Program-made: the position numbers and the translations under genes
The notes under the pieces: generated by a model
The model's input: the letters and a program-made list of their open reading frames with translations, nothing else
Databases searched by the model: none
What the model was told of the DNA's origin: nothing
NCBI GenBank assembly: GCA_951406725.2
Contig: OX597822.1
Location: 88,846,001 to 88,910,000 of the forward strand
Direction: 5' to 3'
DNA length: 64,000 nucleotides
DNA from: Octopus vulgaris
Lineage: Eukaryota
In this document: piece by piece, positions 1 to 12,222 of the stretch
Numbering within the stretch: the first letter of the stretch is position 1
Layout of the letters: the number at the start of each line of letters is the position of its first letter

Positions 1-358
1 CCATTCATTTTCTTTATTCAGCACCTTTCATAGTGGCGTCAATGAACCTCTCTCTTTGCAGCCTCATTTAGCGCAAGTGAACCATCATCCATGCGAACAC
101 ATTTCTCTCCTACAACATCATGATTCTCTCTCACGAAATACCTCAAGTCTTTGGTCCTCATGGTGCAGAACATTGGCAAATTTTTTTGATCTGCTTTCTC
201 TCTGGCTAAATAAACCTGCCTCCTAGCTTCCCTTCTGGCAGTCTGATACAATTCCCTGCTACCACCGTTCTTCCAGTCCTTCCAAGCCTGTTTCTTTTCT
301 CTAATAGCCCTGTCAACAATATTGTTCCACCACCATGTTATTTTGGGTCAAGAGGGGA
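1..358 (-). mobile_element. RTE-clade LINE fragment (linker between endonuclease and RT)
   Basis: ORF 39-251 (VVGEKCVRMDDGSLALNEAAKRE) matches the RTE copy at 52091 (MDDGSLAFNDAAKRE); TWWWN motif near 330. Confidence 0.8.
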
Positions 359-585
359 CGGATCTTTTCCTTTTGAACGGCAGTTTTCAACACAATTTCT
401 AGTTAACTAAACACTTTTAAACTTCGTATACTGGTAGAATGTGTCAAAATAAAACATTTTTTTTCTCTTGGCTTTCTTGAGAAAATTGTAATTTGTAAGT
501 TTGACGTAGTTTAATTTTTCGAATTTTAACCAATCAATTGCCTCTATTGAGCTAAAATCATTTGCTGCGTCTAAAACTGAGACAA

Positions 586-906
586 CATCCTGTCACTAAC
601 CCTAACCCTCACTCTCACCCTAACCCTAAATTTTAGCCTTTCGGGGTTTTTTTCTTAATTGTTAAATTAATTTAATTGTTACGCGTGTGTCTAAAATTAT
701 TCGTTTTGTTTTTGTTTTGAGTTTTTGCTTTCGTTTTAGCCTTTCATTTTTTTTTCTTAATTGTTAAATTAAAATTATTTTCCATTGCCTTCATTTTTTT
801 TTTCTTAATTGTTATCCTTAAATTAATTTAACAATTATGAAAAAAAACGATAGGCTAAAATTTAGGGTTATTGGTTAGGGTGAGGGTTAGGGTTAGTGAC
901 AGGATG
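586..906. repeat. Inverted repeat with telomere-like (CCCTAA)/(TTAGGG) units
   Basis: catcctgtcactaaccctaaccct...aaattttagcct...aattgttaaattaatt (586-672) is the reverse complement of 821-906. Confidence 0.8.
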
Positions 907-1249
907 CTCACTTTCAATTTAGACATTTTTCTTTTTTTCTGTTGGTGGAGATTTTATTTCCAACGATAATATTTTCCAATTTGAGAGAAGAAAAAAAACA
1001 GTTACAAAATTTTCAACTTCTTGTCTAATAACTTTTCAAAATATTTTCGTATCACCATTGGTCACCAATAACCTTTACTTCAACTGACCAATGAAACGAG
1101 ACCTTTTCCGAACGGTAATATTGACCTATTGACACGAGCACTGAATTTCTTTTAATTAGCACTAAATCAGGATGGTATCCAGCACTGCCTGTGATTTAAG
1201 TTTGTATGACAGGGTTTATAGATTTCGATATAATGATGACTTGGCATTA

Positions 1250-1665
1250 CAATTTTTCCGCCAACATAGAGTTGTTCCCGCATTTGTGAATTGCCCAACA
1301 TGTAATTCCCCTTGCGTTGTTCGAAATGGGACTAATATGTTTCGATGAATGAAGATGGTTCGTCGTTGGAGACAGGAAAACAGAATGCGGATTTTCAGTG
1401 TCTATCTTCAAGAACACCTTTTTGGAGCGAAGCCGTTTACCCCCGTGGAAAGTTCTTTTATTCATTAATTATTTCCTAACAGAAGATTGGTCATATAAAT
1501 CTGTTATGGAAAATTTAGATATAACGCTTGCTACGTCTGTTGATTGGCGATCTTTCTGTTGTGAAGTTTGCCTTCATTGGGTTGAAAATTGCCAAGCACA
1601 AATTGGAGGGCCAGGGATCGCAGTTGAAATTGATGAGGCAGTTTTGGTAAAATATAACCGAGGTA
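1250..1665 (+). mobile_element. Merlin/IS1016-like (ISXO2) transposase, N-terminal remnant
   Basis: ORF 1398-1685: SIFKNTF...VDWRSFCCEVC...IGGPGIAVEIDE...KYNRG, typical Merlin motifs including the first catalytic D; CPTC upstream. Confidence 0.85.
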
Positions 1666-1706
1666 GTTTTACGGCCCGGAATTAAACCGTGTTTCAAACA
1701 AATTTT

Positions 1707-3071
1707 GGTTAAACTAAAGCGTTAAACCCGGTAAAAAAAAACAAAAAAAATTGTGTAATAGGTGTAAAACAACTTCCTCTAAACGAATATAAAAAAAAAT
1801 GCGCGCACGCGAAAGGGAAGTGGGGTGGAGGCCTCGGAAAATTTACATCGGGAATTTCCGAAAGCGTCTGACCCGGACACAAAAATAAAAATAGTGTAAT
1901 AGGTGTAAAACAACTTGCCATAATCGATTATCAAGAACACACTCTCACACATGAATCATAAACTCCGTATTTTTGTACGTATTTCGCAAAAAAAAAAAGA
2001 AAGAAAGAAAGAAAGAGAAGAAATGTTGGATCTCCACCATGTGAATCAAAATGCGTGTCAGAAACATCTTGAAATACTACAAAAATTATCTTATGATAGT
2101 GTATACATACCTCTTTGAGTGGTCCATCGACAGTGATGATAAAGAAATGAGATGGGTTGCGTTTGGAGGAAAAAATTATCTCGGGCCAGGATAAAGACTT
2201 GCTGCTGCCAATAAGAATACGTGTATTTTCTTGGCAGCAGGTTTAATGCTTTCCATAAATAGGAATCTAGAGAGGTATTGCTTTAAGTAACAGGCACGAA
2301 TGCCTGGGCGAACAACTGATCTCTTAACTGACCCCCACAATCTCTCTATCGTCTGTGTGTGCACCGACGCGTTTGTAGGATCAATAAAATTTTCACTGTG
2401 GTTGATCCGAAAGTGGGTATAGCCGAGATTTCCCAGAGAAACAACTGACCTTAGGGGCCTGGACTTGAATAGAACTTGGTACCAACAATCACTGTCTTGT
2501 AAACAACTGTCCTTTGACAAAAGACTGACCTTTCATTGACCAGTGTTTACTCATCCCATCTTCTGGTGTGGAGGATTTCCCGCTCCTTTTGACAAGCCTA
2601 TGGACTTGGTACCAACAAGTTCTTATTTAATTTTTCTTTTTTTTTTGCGAAATACGTACAAAAATACGGAGTTTATGATTCATGTGTGAGTGTGTGTTCT
2701 TGATAATCGTTTAGAACAAGTAGTTTTACACCAATTACACTATTTTTTTCTTAGTTTAAAGGCCGTGGACTGAAGATGTGAAATTTCCGAGGCCTCTCCC
2801 CCACCCCCCTTTCGCGAGCGCGCATTTTTTTCATCATATTCGTTTAGAGCAAGTTTTTTTTACACCTATTACACTACTTTTTTTTTGTTTTTGTGCCCGG
2901 GTCAGCCCCTCAGACGCTTTCGGAAATTCCCGATGTGAATTTTCCGAGGCCTCTCCCCCACTCCCCTTTCGCGTGCGCGCATTTTTTTTTTTCGTTTAGA
3001 GAAAGTTGTTTTACACCTATTACACAATTTTTTTTTGTTTTTTTGACCGGGTTTAACGCTTTAGTTTAACC
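1707..3071 (-). mobile_element. Long-TIR (foldback) element, probably non-autonomous Merlin, carrying a transposase C-terminus
   Basis: TIRs 1707-~2000 and ~2635-3071 (GGTTAAACTAAAGCGTT...AACGCTTTAGTTTAACC). Internal minus ORF 2176-2520 has GYTHFRINHSENFIDP...HTQTIERLW, the Merlin C-terminal motif. No clean TSD. Confidence 0.8.
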
Positions 3072-3084
3072 GATTTTTATATTA

Positions 3085-3210
3085 ACCATTTCTTTCTTTA
3101 TTACCCATAGGGGACAAACAAGGACAGACAAAGGAGTTAAGTCGATTACATCGACTCAGTGCATAACTGGTACTTATTTAATCGACCCCGAAAAGGATAA
3201 AAGGCAAAGC
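3085..3210 (-). mobile_element. SINE 3' fragment with Meta-SINE-like central domain
   Basis: Minus strand reads ctttgccttttatccttttcggggtcgattaaataagtaccag. Confidence 0.55.
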
Positions 3211-3239
3211 ATAAAGTTTTGGGTTTTTTTTAGAGGCTA

Positions 3240-3379
3240 TTACGATATTTCCGGTACTTCAAGCGAAAGTTACATTATTTCCCTTCCACTCACTACTCGG
3301 TATGTATGGCTTTTTCTAAGAATTCTTTTTAGTGTTTATTTTTACTTAACTCCATCTTTTCTCCAAATGTATTGTTTAG
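3240..3379 (+). promoter_or_regulatory. Candidate ASTE1 promoter / 5'UTR exon
   Basis: Apparently non-repetitive segment with an ETS-like TTCCGG (~3249) ending in a perfect donor AG|GTAAGT at 3380. It could pair with the acceptor ttttctttcttttacag at 5556. Inferred. Confidence 0.4.
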
Positions 3380-3509
3380 GTAAGTTTTGTTTTTAGAAGA
3401 AATTTATAAAGGTTATCCAAGATTTACTTATTTAATTATATAAAACATTTTCATACGATAAGTGTATATAGATCGTTATAAAACGAATGTATTATTTCAC
3501 AAACTTTTT

Positions 3510-3615
3510 TGGCGAAAGTAAAGAATACACACACCCGGTGTTTAAAGTTAGGGGTTAGGGTTAGAGTTTTTGTTACGCCGAAAACGGTTGGTGTACGTAT
3601 TCTTTACCTCCGCCA
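3510..3615. mobile_element. Short MITE-like element with internal TTAGGG units
   Basis: TIR tggcgaaagtaaagaatacacacacc / ggtgtacgtattctttacctccgcca in T-rich flanks; a partial reverse copy occurs at ~25000-25052. Confidence 0.6.
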
Positions 3616-4691
3616 CTTTTTGTAAGAGTTAATTCTAAAGATACATCCACTGTCATTAATACTTGTTGTTTTATTGATCGTAGCATTATCATTTACCATT
3701 TATTGTATTAAAAGTGATGTTGCAATTATTTGTAACTGACTGTTTCAAGAATTTCGCCTCCACGTGCTTATAGTCGTCAAACAAACCTCTACCCGGTCGC
3801 GCGACTTGCTAAAAATAACAGCCAAATTTTCTCCAGAGAAACTGGCTATTTTTGGCGGAGTTTCGTATCAGCTTTCATTTTACAATAGTAAACTGAAAAG
3901 AGCCAAGGCATAACTACAGATTCCTGTTCCCGCCCGACTTTGGACGATCATAACTTTCAGAAAAATGGATATTTTTAAATGAAATTTCCTACGAATATGT
4001 GTTATATCATGTAGATTCCGAATATACAAAACTTTTGTGGAGGGGGAGTGTTTTAGGTGGGGAATTTCGGAAAATTCACCGGCGTCCACTTCAATTCGCC
4101 TTACCTTTCAAGAAAATCGATATTTTTTAGTGACATTTTCTACAAATATACCTCGGACTATGTAGATTGCGAGAACATAGGAACTTGGGGAGAAAACAAT
4201 TGAGGGTTACTTTTGAGGACCGCTCCCCACTGGGTGGGTGTTTCGGTACAAGTCGTCCATATTTGTTTCATTTTCTCAGTTTTGTGCATCCGTATTTAAC
4301 TAGGAAGTATTTAACTTCCTAGTTAAATACTAATCAGGTTGATTTATCTCAAATATATTCCTGACAATACAGATTAATTAGAAATGATTGCCTCTCTTCA
4401 CACCTCGTTTCTTTCTCCATTCTGTTTCATTGAAATACAAATTTACAACGTTCCTATGTTCCCTTCTAGATAGATTTGAGGAAAATAAAAGATATCCTCA
4501 GTTTTAGCACAGCTTTGATTTTTGAGTTTGGCATGAAGATGAACTCCAATCTTGAACTGGATATTTTTGTTTACTTTGCAACATGTCCAAATGGAAGTCT
4601 GTGTGAACCTTTCTCTTTTTAGTCATATTGTATCTTTTCAATTTATATTTTTACATTAATACATTCCACACTACTCTCTGTACTTATTTAT

Positions 4692-5290
4692 CATGGGTAA
4701 TATCAATGTGCATATACAAGAGAATGTAAGTAACTTGAGAGGAAAACTGAGTACACATAGCATCAGGTGTAGTGTACAAGAGAGTTTACTGCACTTGTAT
4801 GGCCATGTAATGCATATGAATGAAGACAGCTGCATCAACAGGTGCCAATTTCAAATTGTTGAAGGAACATGTAGAAGGGGTAGACCCAGGAAGACATGGG
4901 ACGAAGTGGTGAGAAAGGATCTACAGATGTTGAGACTCACATAGCTGATGACAGGGGGCCAAGGCTCCTGGTGGTTCGCTGTGCTTGAAACGACATGTCA
5001 AGCTAAGTAAAAGCACGGTTGTCTTTGCATACAGGCTGTTCCCTGCATTGCTCTCCAGCTGAGCATTCCTAACCTTTTGGGCTCATGAGTGCTGGTGTCA
5101 TGTAAAAAACATGTGCCAGTGCCATGGAAACACACCTGTGCTAGTGCTGCATTTAAAGCACCCAGTACAGTCTGTAAAGTAGCTGGTGTTAGGAAGGGCA
5201 TCCAGCCATAGAAACCATGCCAAAACAGACATGGAGCCTGAGCAGCCCTTCAGCTGGAAAGCAGACATTAAATGAAGATGATAATGTTGA
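4692..5290 (+). mobile_element. RTE LINE 3' fragment in the ASTE1 5'UTR intron
   Basis: ORF 4693-4944 (GHVMHM...RGRPRKTWDEVV) followed by RTE 3'UTR and a degenerate (GAT)n tail. Confidence 0.85.
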
Positions 5291-5297
5291 GGATTAA

Positions 5298-5509
5298 CCC
5301 TTTCATTACCAACCCGGCTCTGGCTCTGAGTACAAATGTCTTGTTTTCATATAAGTTTTGAATTAAAATCTTCCACCAAACCTTCGTCACAATTTATGTT
5401 CCTAATACTAGCTTAATGATAACTAAGTTATTTTACTAAATTCTTTGTTATATTTAAAGAAATTGAAAGAAATACAGAGCATCTCAAAATAAATACAGTA
5501 ATGAAAGGG
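5298..5509. mobile_element. piggyBac-type MITE
   Basis: TTAA|CCCTTTCATTAC...GTAATGAAAGGG|TTAA; the same family occurs inverted at 14147-14366. Confidence 0.85.
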
Positions 5510-5636
5510 TTAAATATTATGATTAATACTTATGCATAGTTTTCTTTCTTTTACAGATTTTACATTGTATGTGTTCCAGAGAAAACAAATGAAAGTGCTG
5601 AAAGACCAATATTTTTGACATCAGAATTGTAGTACA

Positions 5637-7754
5637 ATGGGTGTCACAGGACTTGCCTCCTTTGTTAAATCACAGCAATGTTTTGATAGCAAATATAGGT
5701 TGCATGATTGCAAGATAGTTATTGACGCTAACAATTTGTATCATTTTATTTATTATCATCATAAAGTACCTTACCGATGTGGTGGAGATTATCATTTATT
5801 CGTTGCTAAAATCAAAATGTATTTTAAGACCTTTGAAACTTGCAATATCTCACCTTATCTTGTATTTGATGGTGGTTATGAAACTGATAATCGAAAATTA
5901 AATACATGCCTCTCTAGAGCTCGTCAACGCATATATATGTCCCAGTCTCTGGCACGAGGAGGATCTGGAAGTGTTACACCAGCTCTGACTTCTCAAACGT
6001 TTCTCAATGTTATAAAAGATCTTGGCATTCCTTGTGTTGTCGGAGATTTTGAAGCAGACAGCCAAACCATGCTTTTGGCTAACCAATGGAATTGTCCAGT
6101 GCTTAGCAACGACAGTGATTTTTACATTTATGATGTAACTGGAGGATTTATAATGTTGGACAGTGTGGATTACAACCCCAAATCATTTAAAGAAGAAAGT
6201 TCTGGCAAAACGTACAAGTTTTTGGAATGTCAAATTTATTTCTGCAAAAATTTCACTGATTTGTTTCCTGGACTGAATAAAAGTTTACTGCCACTTTTTA
6301 GTACACTTTGTGGGAATGATTATGTTAGTTCCAAAGGAATATTTGATAAATTTTTTTGCAATATGAAGAAAGCTCCAGATAATTTTGGTCAGAATATTGC
6401 TCGTCGCAAGCAACATGCTATGTTTCTTTCACTTTTATATTGGCTCCATAATCAAAGTTCCATTGAAGAAGCTATTACAAATATTTTGAATTTTTTCAAA
6501 ATTGCAGAGCGGAAGAAATTGCAAACATTAATAAGTAAATCAGTTACTAGTTATATTAGTGTGGAATCTTGTTTTGATATGAAAGAATATTTTGAAACGG
6601 ACAAGTTAGTCTTTAAATCACCAGGTTTCAAAAAGTTTTGTCACAACTGTATTCTACCAGAATGGTTCATTCACAGATTAAAAAGATGTCAACTTTCTGT
6701 ATCATTTCTTAATGTAGTGCGCTTACGGCGAATCATTCTAATGAGTCAAATTGAACATATGAGTTATCCATCTGTCTACACGTGTTCCACTTATATCAGA
6801 CAAGTTATTTATGGTATTTTACTTCTTGATAATGTTGAAAAAGAATCAATTAATAAATTATCTATTGAAGAATATGACAGAGATGGCTGTAACTATAAAA
6901 AGAAAAAAATTGATCCAGTTTTTACCATTCCAAACTTTGGGCCTCTCCCATCACTGAGTGACATTTCATCAGCCACTCTTGATATTAAACGCCAAATTAT
7001 GTTGTTAACCTTAGGTTCAGACTTGGAGTTTTTAAAAGAATTTCCTGACGAGTTAAAAATAGTTGCTATTACCATTGTGTATTGGGTGAAGAATGCTAAC
7101 CCTCAAATTCATAAAGCTATGGTGACAGCTTTGGTTGTATGCAATATATATTTGTGGATAAAAATTTCAAAGGATAAAACAGAGACAAAGAAAGTATTTC
7201 TTCAAAGTTCTGCTGGAAATCAGAAAAGTATGTACAAACTTATTGAAGGTGCAAGTAATGAAATTTTAAATCAAATTAATAAAAATCTTATAAAATTCTG
7301 TGGAAACCCATCATATGATTGGAAAACTAAAATTAATACCCCTGTGGTACATAACTTCAATCAGTTTCAAGTTACATTGCGCTATGTCTTACATTTGAAT
7401 CAGCTGCTTCAAGAACCTTTCTATGCAACAAGTCCCTCTTTCATATTTTCTGGAACATTTCTTTGCAATTTATTTCTTGAAATTTGTGGCCGTGCAAACC
7501 CTCAGGAATTCTTATCAAATTTGTTGGTTCCTGGTAGTGAGTTTGAATCGCTTTTTATTTCTTGTGATAATGCATTTCATTTGATTTTGAAACCATGCTA
7601 TATTGCAGAACGGACTATGAAAAAAAAATCTCAGAAAAAGCGAAAGAAAAAATCTCAGAATATACATATGACTAAGCATGAAAACTCAGATTTATCTGAC
7701 AATAATTCTGTGGTGAATTTTGATACTGAAAACAGGTTTAATGTCCTTGCCTAA
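5637..7754 (+). CDS. ASTE1: Protein asteroid homolog 1 (XPG/FEN1-like PIN-domain nuclease), CDS in one exon
   Basis: 705-aa open ORF with MGVTGL, IDANNL, VFDGG, EAD, LSNDSDF and GNDY motifs and a basic C-terminal tail. Acceptor AG at 5555-5556; AATAAA at 7787. Confidence 0.92.
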   Translation: MGVTGLASFVKSQQCFDSKYRLHDCKIVIDANNLYHFIYYHHKVPYRCGGDYHLFVAKIKMYFKTFETCNISPYLVFDGGYETDNRKLNTCLSRARQRIYMSQSLARGGSGSVTPALTSQTFLNVIKDLGIPCVVGDFEADSQTMLLANQWNCPVLSNDSDFYIYDVTGGFIMLDSVDYNPKSFKEESSGKTYKFLECQIYFCKNFTDLFPGLNKSLLPLFSTLCGNDYVSSKGIFDKFFCNMKKAPDNFGQNIARRKQHAMFLSLLYWLHNQSSIEEAITNILNFFKIAERKKLQTLISKSVTSYISVESCFDMKEYFETDKLVFKSPGFKKFCHNCILPEWFIHRLKRCQLSVSFLNVVRLRRIILMSQIEHMSYPSVYTCSTYIRQVIYGILLLDNVEKESINKLSIEEYDRDGCNYKKKKIDPVFTIPNFGPLPSLSDISSATLDIKRQIMLLTLGSDLEFLKEFPDELKIVAITIVYWVKNANPQIHKAMVTALVVCNIYLWIKISKDKTETKKVFLQSSAGNQKSMYKLIEGASNEILNQINKNLIKFCGNPSYDWKTKINTPVVHNFNQFQVTLRYVLHLNQLLQEPFYATSPSFIFSGTFLCNLFLEICGRANPQEFLSNLLVPGSEFESLFISCDNAFHLILKPCYIAERTMKKKSQKKRKKKSQNIHMTKHENSDLSDNNSVVNFDTENRFNVLA

Positions 7755-8575
7755 AGCTTTATTTCAATTTTAAGAACTTCATATAAAATAAATTAACATT
7801 TTTATACTTCACTTTCTTTAATTCTATTTTCAATTTTTTTAAATTTGTTATTTTATTCTTGTTTCAATCATTACACTGTGGCCATGTTGGAAGACTATCG
7901 TGAAGTTTTTGTTGATCTTATCGACTCTGATACTTATCTTTTAAGCAATTGCTAACTTAGTTTTACTTGATATGAAGGGTTTTTAGGGGTGAGCCTGCAT
8001 TAGGTTATTCAGCAGTTTTATCTGGTGCAGGAAAGATGATGGTGGAATGGTGTAGTTAATAGCAGGCTTGAGTTGCAGACATTTCCACAAATTTGTCAGA
8101 TTGAGTTTTAATTTGGTGTACTTAAGAGAAGGAGAGATTCACTAATATTCTATGTCAAGAGGACAAGGGGATGTCCTGGTTTTTTCGTAGAGAGTTTCTA
8201 GCAACCATTTTTACAAAGCTAACCTGGTGCCAGGTTTTCCCATGATGGCAGTAATACATACATGAATGTTAAATTGTTAACTTATACCAGAAATTTCCAC
8301 ACCAGCGGTGACATAGATATATCTGTTTGATATAAAACAAGACAGTTTAATATTGATCCAAATAGTCTTTTGATGTTGTATCATATCCCTTTGACAATAT
8401 CAAAGTCCATCCATAGATTAGGTTTGCATATGTGAGTTGGAAAGGAGTATTCTGTGACTAATAACCAAGGATATACACTCTGACAGGTTGCATAACTCTA
8501 CTGTAACAGGTTATCAGAAGAGGGATTGCATGCATACAGCTAACAGTCATGCAGGTTATATTTTCATCAGGTTTC

Positions 8576-9050
8576 AAAATAAGAATATTGACAACCAGAG
8601 TAATCTACCTTCGATTAACAACTGGGATATGCCTTTCAGTTAGAAATAACCACAAAATACCTGATGCAGAAAAGGGACTGGAATGCTGCTAAACAATCTA
8701 GATGGGATAATCAATGCAGACTCTGTGGAATTAATGCTGAGGTGTCATCACATCATAAGCTATTGGAAAATATAGTATTATCAGCCTATAAGACAATATA
8801 GTGGCTAGAACATTGTTTAAGGAAATCTGTAGAAAGGATAATCTTGAGACAAATATGGGAAGCTACAGTGATGTGGAGCACATAACCACATAATATGAGA
8901 AAATAATGGTGGAATGTGTTTGTTATGACTTCAGTATAATGCAAGACCAAACGATGATCTCAAATGAGATAAGAAACCACGCGTAATATTTGAAATGTAG
9001 TTGTCAACATAAATGTTAATGGTTAGTACTACATCTGAACTGTAATTTTA
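8576..9050 (+). mobile_element. Degraded R4/Dong-like non-LTR retrotransposon C-terminus
   Basis: Translates to NQCRLCGINAEVSSHI (zinc-knuckle-like) in a broken frame. Confidence 0.45.
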
Positions 9051-9052
9051 GA

Positions 9053-9300
9053 CTATTGTGTCTGGGGAGAGTCATTTTCTTTTTGTGCCTTAAAACTATT
9101 TGAGTCAAAACTATTGAAAAGGTTGCAAGATGCAACGAAAATTTTAGGACAATAAAAATAAGAAAAACATGGAAATTTTACTGGTGAGTGTGTTACATAA
9201 TAAGGCACAAAAAGAAAATTACTCTCCCCAGACAATAGAATATGCTTCAACACACGAACTCGTTTAAAGAATCTTGCAAACCAAATCCAAAAACGAAATA
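9053..9300. mobile_element. MITE-like repeat family
   Basis: Inverted repeat tgtctggggagagtcattttctttttgtgcctta / taaggcacaaaaagaaaattactctccccagaca. Related copies at 32278-32455 and 48825-48878. Confidence 0.7.
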
Positions 9301-9856
9301 TAATTTTAGAGTTCTACCAATAATTATTAGAACACTTGGTTACATGATTAACTGCTTTCGTACCAATCTTGAGAAACAGGGATTCACAAAGAAAGAATAC
9401 ACTTAATCTCATGATAGCAGCTACCAGCTATTAAAGTTAATGTTAGAATATGTAAAACTTTTAAGAAGTTCAGTATATAATTAGAATTACATATGCATAT
9501 ACATCCATGCAAAACTTCCCTGTTGATAATGTCTAAATTCCAATGAAATACTGGAATCCCCTGTACTATGAGAGTAATGAATTATTGAAAAATTTGCTGT
9601 AATGTGAAATTAATTATACTTTTGGTTTCCATGTTATAAAGGGACAAGGAATTTTGACAGATGTTTTCAAAAGAATAAACAAAATTAAGCAACATAACCA
9701 CTTTTTATGTACAAAAATAATTTCTAAACATTAAAGAGAAATTTGTAGAGAATAAATAAGAATCATGATATGGTACAAACAGGGTACATTCTTACGACAA
9801 TAGATACAGTGTGAGGAATGGTGATAGTTGAATGAGAATGACTGGTGGACAAGGAA

Positions 9857-10243
9857 TGTGTTTAATTGGCAAAAGATGACTATCACCACACATAACAATA
9901 TCTGTTCCAACACATAATTTCACATGAAATCTTGCCAGAAGACCAAAGTACGTCATGTTAGGACACCTCTAGATACTTTTTCCACACCCAACGCCTGGTT
10001 TAAGCATATTCACATTGATATCGTCGGCCCTTTGCCACCAGCTCTTGACTTGTATCAAGTTTTTTTCCTGTTGGTCTGAAGCCATTCCTCTCAAAGATAT
10101 TTCATCACTTTCAGTCGTGAAGGCTCTTGTAGCTGGTTGGATTTTGCATTTTGGAACTCGCTTTCCATCACTACAGATCACAGTCAACAGTTTGAGTCAA
10201 ACCATTTTTCTGAGCATTCCACTTTATTTGGTACATGGCAGAT
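9857..10243 (+). repeat. Gypsy integrase fragment; near-identical direct duplicate of 12850-13236
   Basis: HIDIVGPLP, EAIPLKDI and TD(H)GQQFES motifs; about 4 substitutions in 387 bp between the copies by eye. Confidence 0.85.
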
Positions 10244-10335
10244 AGAGTTGCTTGAAACGATCGTACTGCATTACCTCTGGATATCCTTGTTGTTTATTTT
10301 GATTTTAATCACCTTATTTTGATATATATATATAA

Positions 10336-10678
10336 GGCGCATGGCTCAGTGGTTAGAGCGTCAAGCTTACGATCGTGAGGTTGTGAGCTCGAATCCCCAA
10401 CCGGGCTGCGTGTTGTGTTCTTGAGCAAGGCACTTTATTTCACGTTGCTCCAGTTCACTCAGCTGTAGAAATGAGTTGCGACGTCACTGGTGCCAAGCTG
10501 TATCGACCTTTGTCTTTCCCTTGGATAACACTGGTGGCGTGGAGAGGGGAGGCTAGAATGCATGGGCGACTGCTGGTCTTCCATAAAAAAAACAACCTTG
10601 CCCGGACTTGTGTCTAGGAGGGTAACTTTCTAGGTGCAATCCCATGGTCATTCATGACCGAAGGGGGTCTTTACCCTT

Positions 10679-10680
<2 letters not shown>
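10336..10680 (+). mobile_element. tRNA-derived SINE (family A)
   Basis: Box A tggctcagtggt, box B gagctcgaatcc, (TA)n flanks. Related copies at 13946-14480 and 17205-17440. Confidence 0.85.
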
Positions 10681-10710
<30 letters not shown>

Positions 10711-12222
10711 CACATATATATGTATATATATACACATATATATATCGAGGACTGAAATCTGACAAAGGATATCTGACACCTTGCTGTACTCAAGAAGATC
10801 TGTCAACCACAACAGAATATTTAGTATATTTAGGAGTTTGTTTGTTAAGGGTGGTCATAGAATGGCCATTGGTTTCGCACCTATAAAGCACGTAGCTGAA
10901 TAGGTGACTCGTCAGACTCAAATGGCCGGAGGCACATAACCTCTCTACAGCTGGAAGGAGGAAAACATCATGGTCAGTTAATTTTGTAAAAAACCAAAAA
11001 AAAAAAAAATTCTGCAATGAAAATTAATTGGCAAAGGCTTGGGTAAGCTGGAATTATCTCTCTGAGACCAGTATCTGTTATGTCTATGATGAGCCCGCTG
11101 CCAGATATAATTCTCTGTATTACCTCTACACCTCTATTATTCTTCACTGTCAGACGTTCTCTCTTCCTTACTCTCAATGTCATTAGAAAACATTTCATCT
11201 TGAACAAATTATACCCTAACATTTTAAAGTAAAGAAAGTATACTGAACTATATAATTCTAGATTACGCTATTCTTGAAACAAAGCAGGATGGATATGGCC
11301 AGGAAGGTTTTGATTAAAGGCCTACTCAATTAGTTGTCAATAACAGCAATGATAACACCAACATCTTATCAGAAATAGATGAACTCACTTGACAAATGCC
11401 AAGTGTCTCATTTACTTGCACAATGTTGATTCCCCAACTTTTGCCCAATACTTCCATTATTGTTCTTGTCTTTTCTTCATTGTTTTCTTTGTCGTTTCTG
11501 CTTCTCTATAATTACTGCTTTTGTTTTTCTACTCTTACGAAAATAAGGATAAGGTTGAAATGTCAACTTTTTGTTTTTCTATTATTGATAGTCATTATTT
11601 TTTTTTAGATATTTATTTAACTGAGTGTTAAGCAACTTTTTTGTGCACTAAATATCAAATCTATATTATTATATGGTTAATTTCACACACACACTTTCTA
11701 ACTAGAGAGGACACTTTATTCTAATTGTCCAAATCTGAATCAGGCAACTTGTCTGGCAGTAAATCATATTATTCTTTCACTAGCTGGAATATCTCACCTG
11801 CACATGCCACGACTACAGTTGATAGTAGTACTTTGCTAACTGAATTGGTTGATCCTGGCCATTGACAGTTGTGTGTCCATCCCCACAGCATCTAGAAATA
11901 TTTGCCATTGATTCAATAAGTTTATCTACCAAAATAGTTCACATCCACCATGCTGCATCCCATAATTTATTTCAATGTACCCTGGCTCAGCTGGTTACAT
12001 GCTATTTAACCTATAGCTGAGACTTTGACAGGTGTTACAAATCAGAGTAGACCTGGGAACAACAGTGGCTAAGGGATGGTTCTACACTCCTCAAAATCCT
12101 GGAAGTTCCGAAGCGGGGTTTCACTACTGGATGTAAAGTCATACCCAGAACTAATTGTAATGAAACTGAATAGATTGGTATTATGATCAGCCATTTGTCA
12201 AATCTTGATGCTTAAATTCTAG

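Noticed and set aside
597-630. True telomere
   Set aside because: Only a few imperfect units, embedded in an inverted repeat.
10336-10410. Possible tRNA gene
   Set aside because: A/B boxes continue into a multi-copy SINE body; no convincing cloverleaf.
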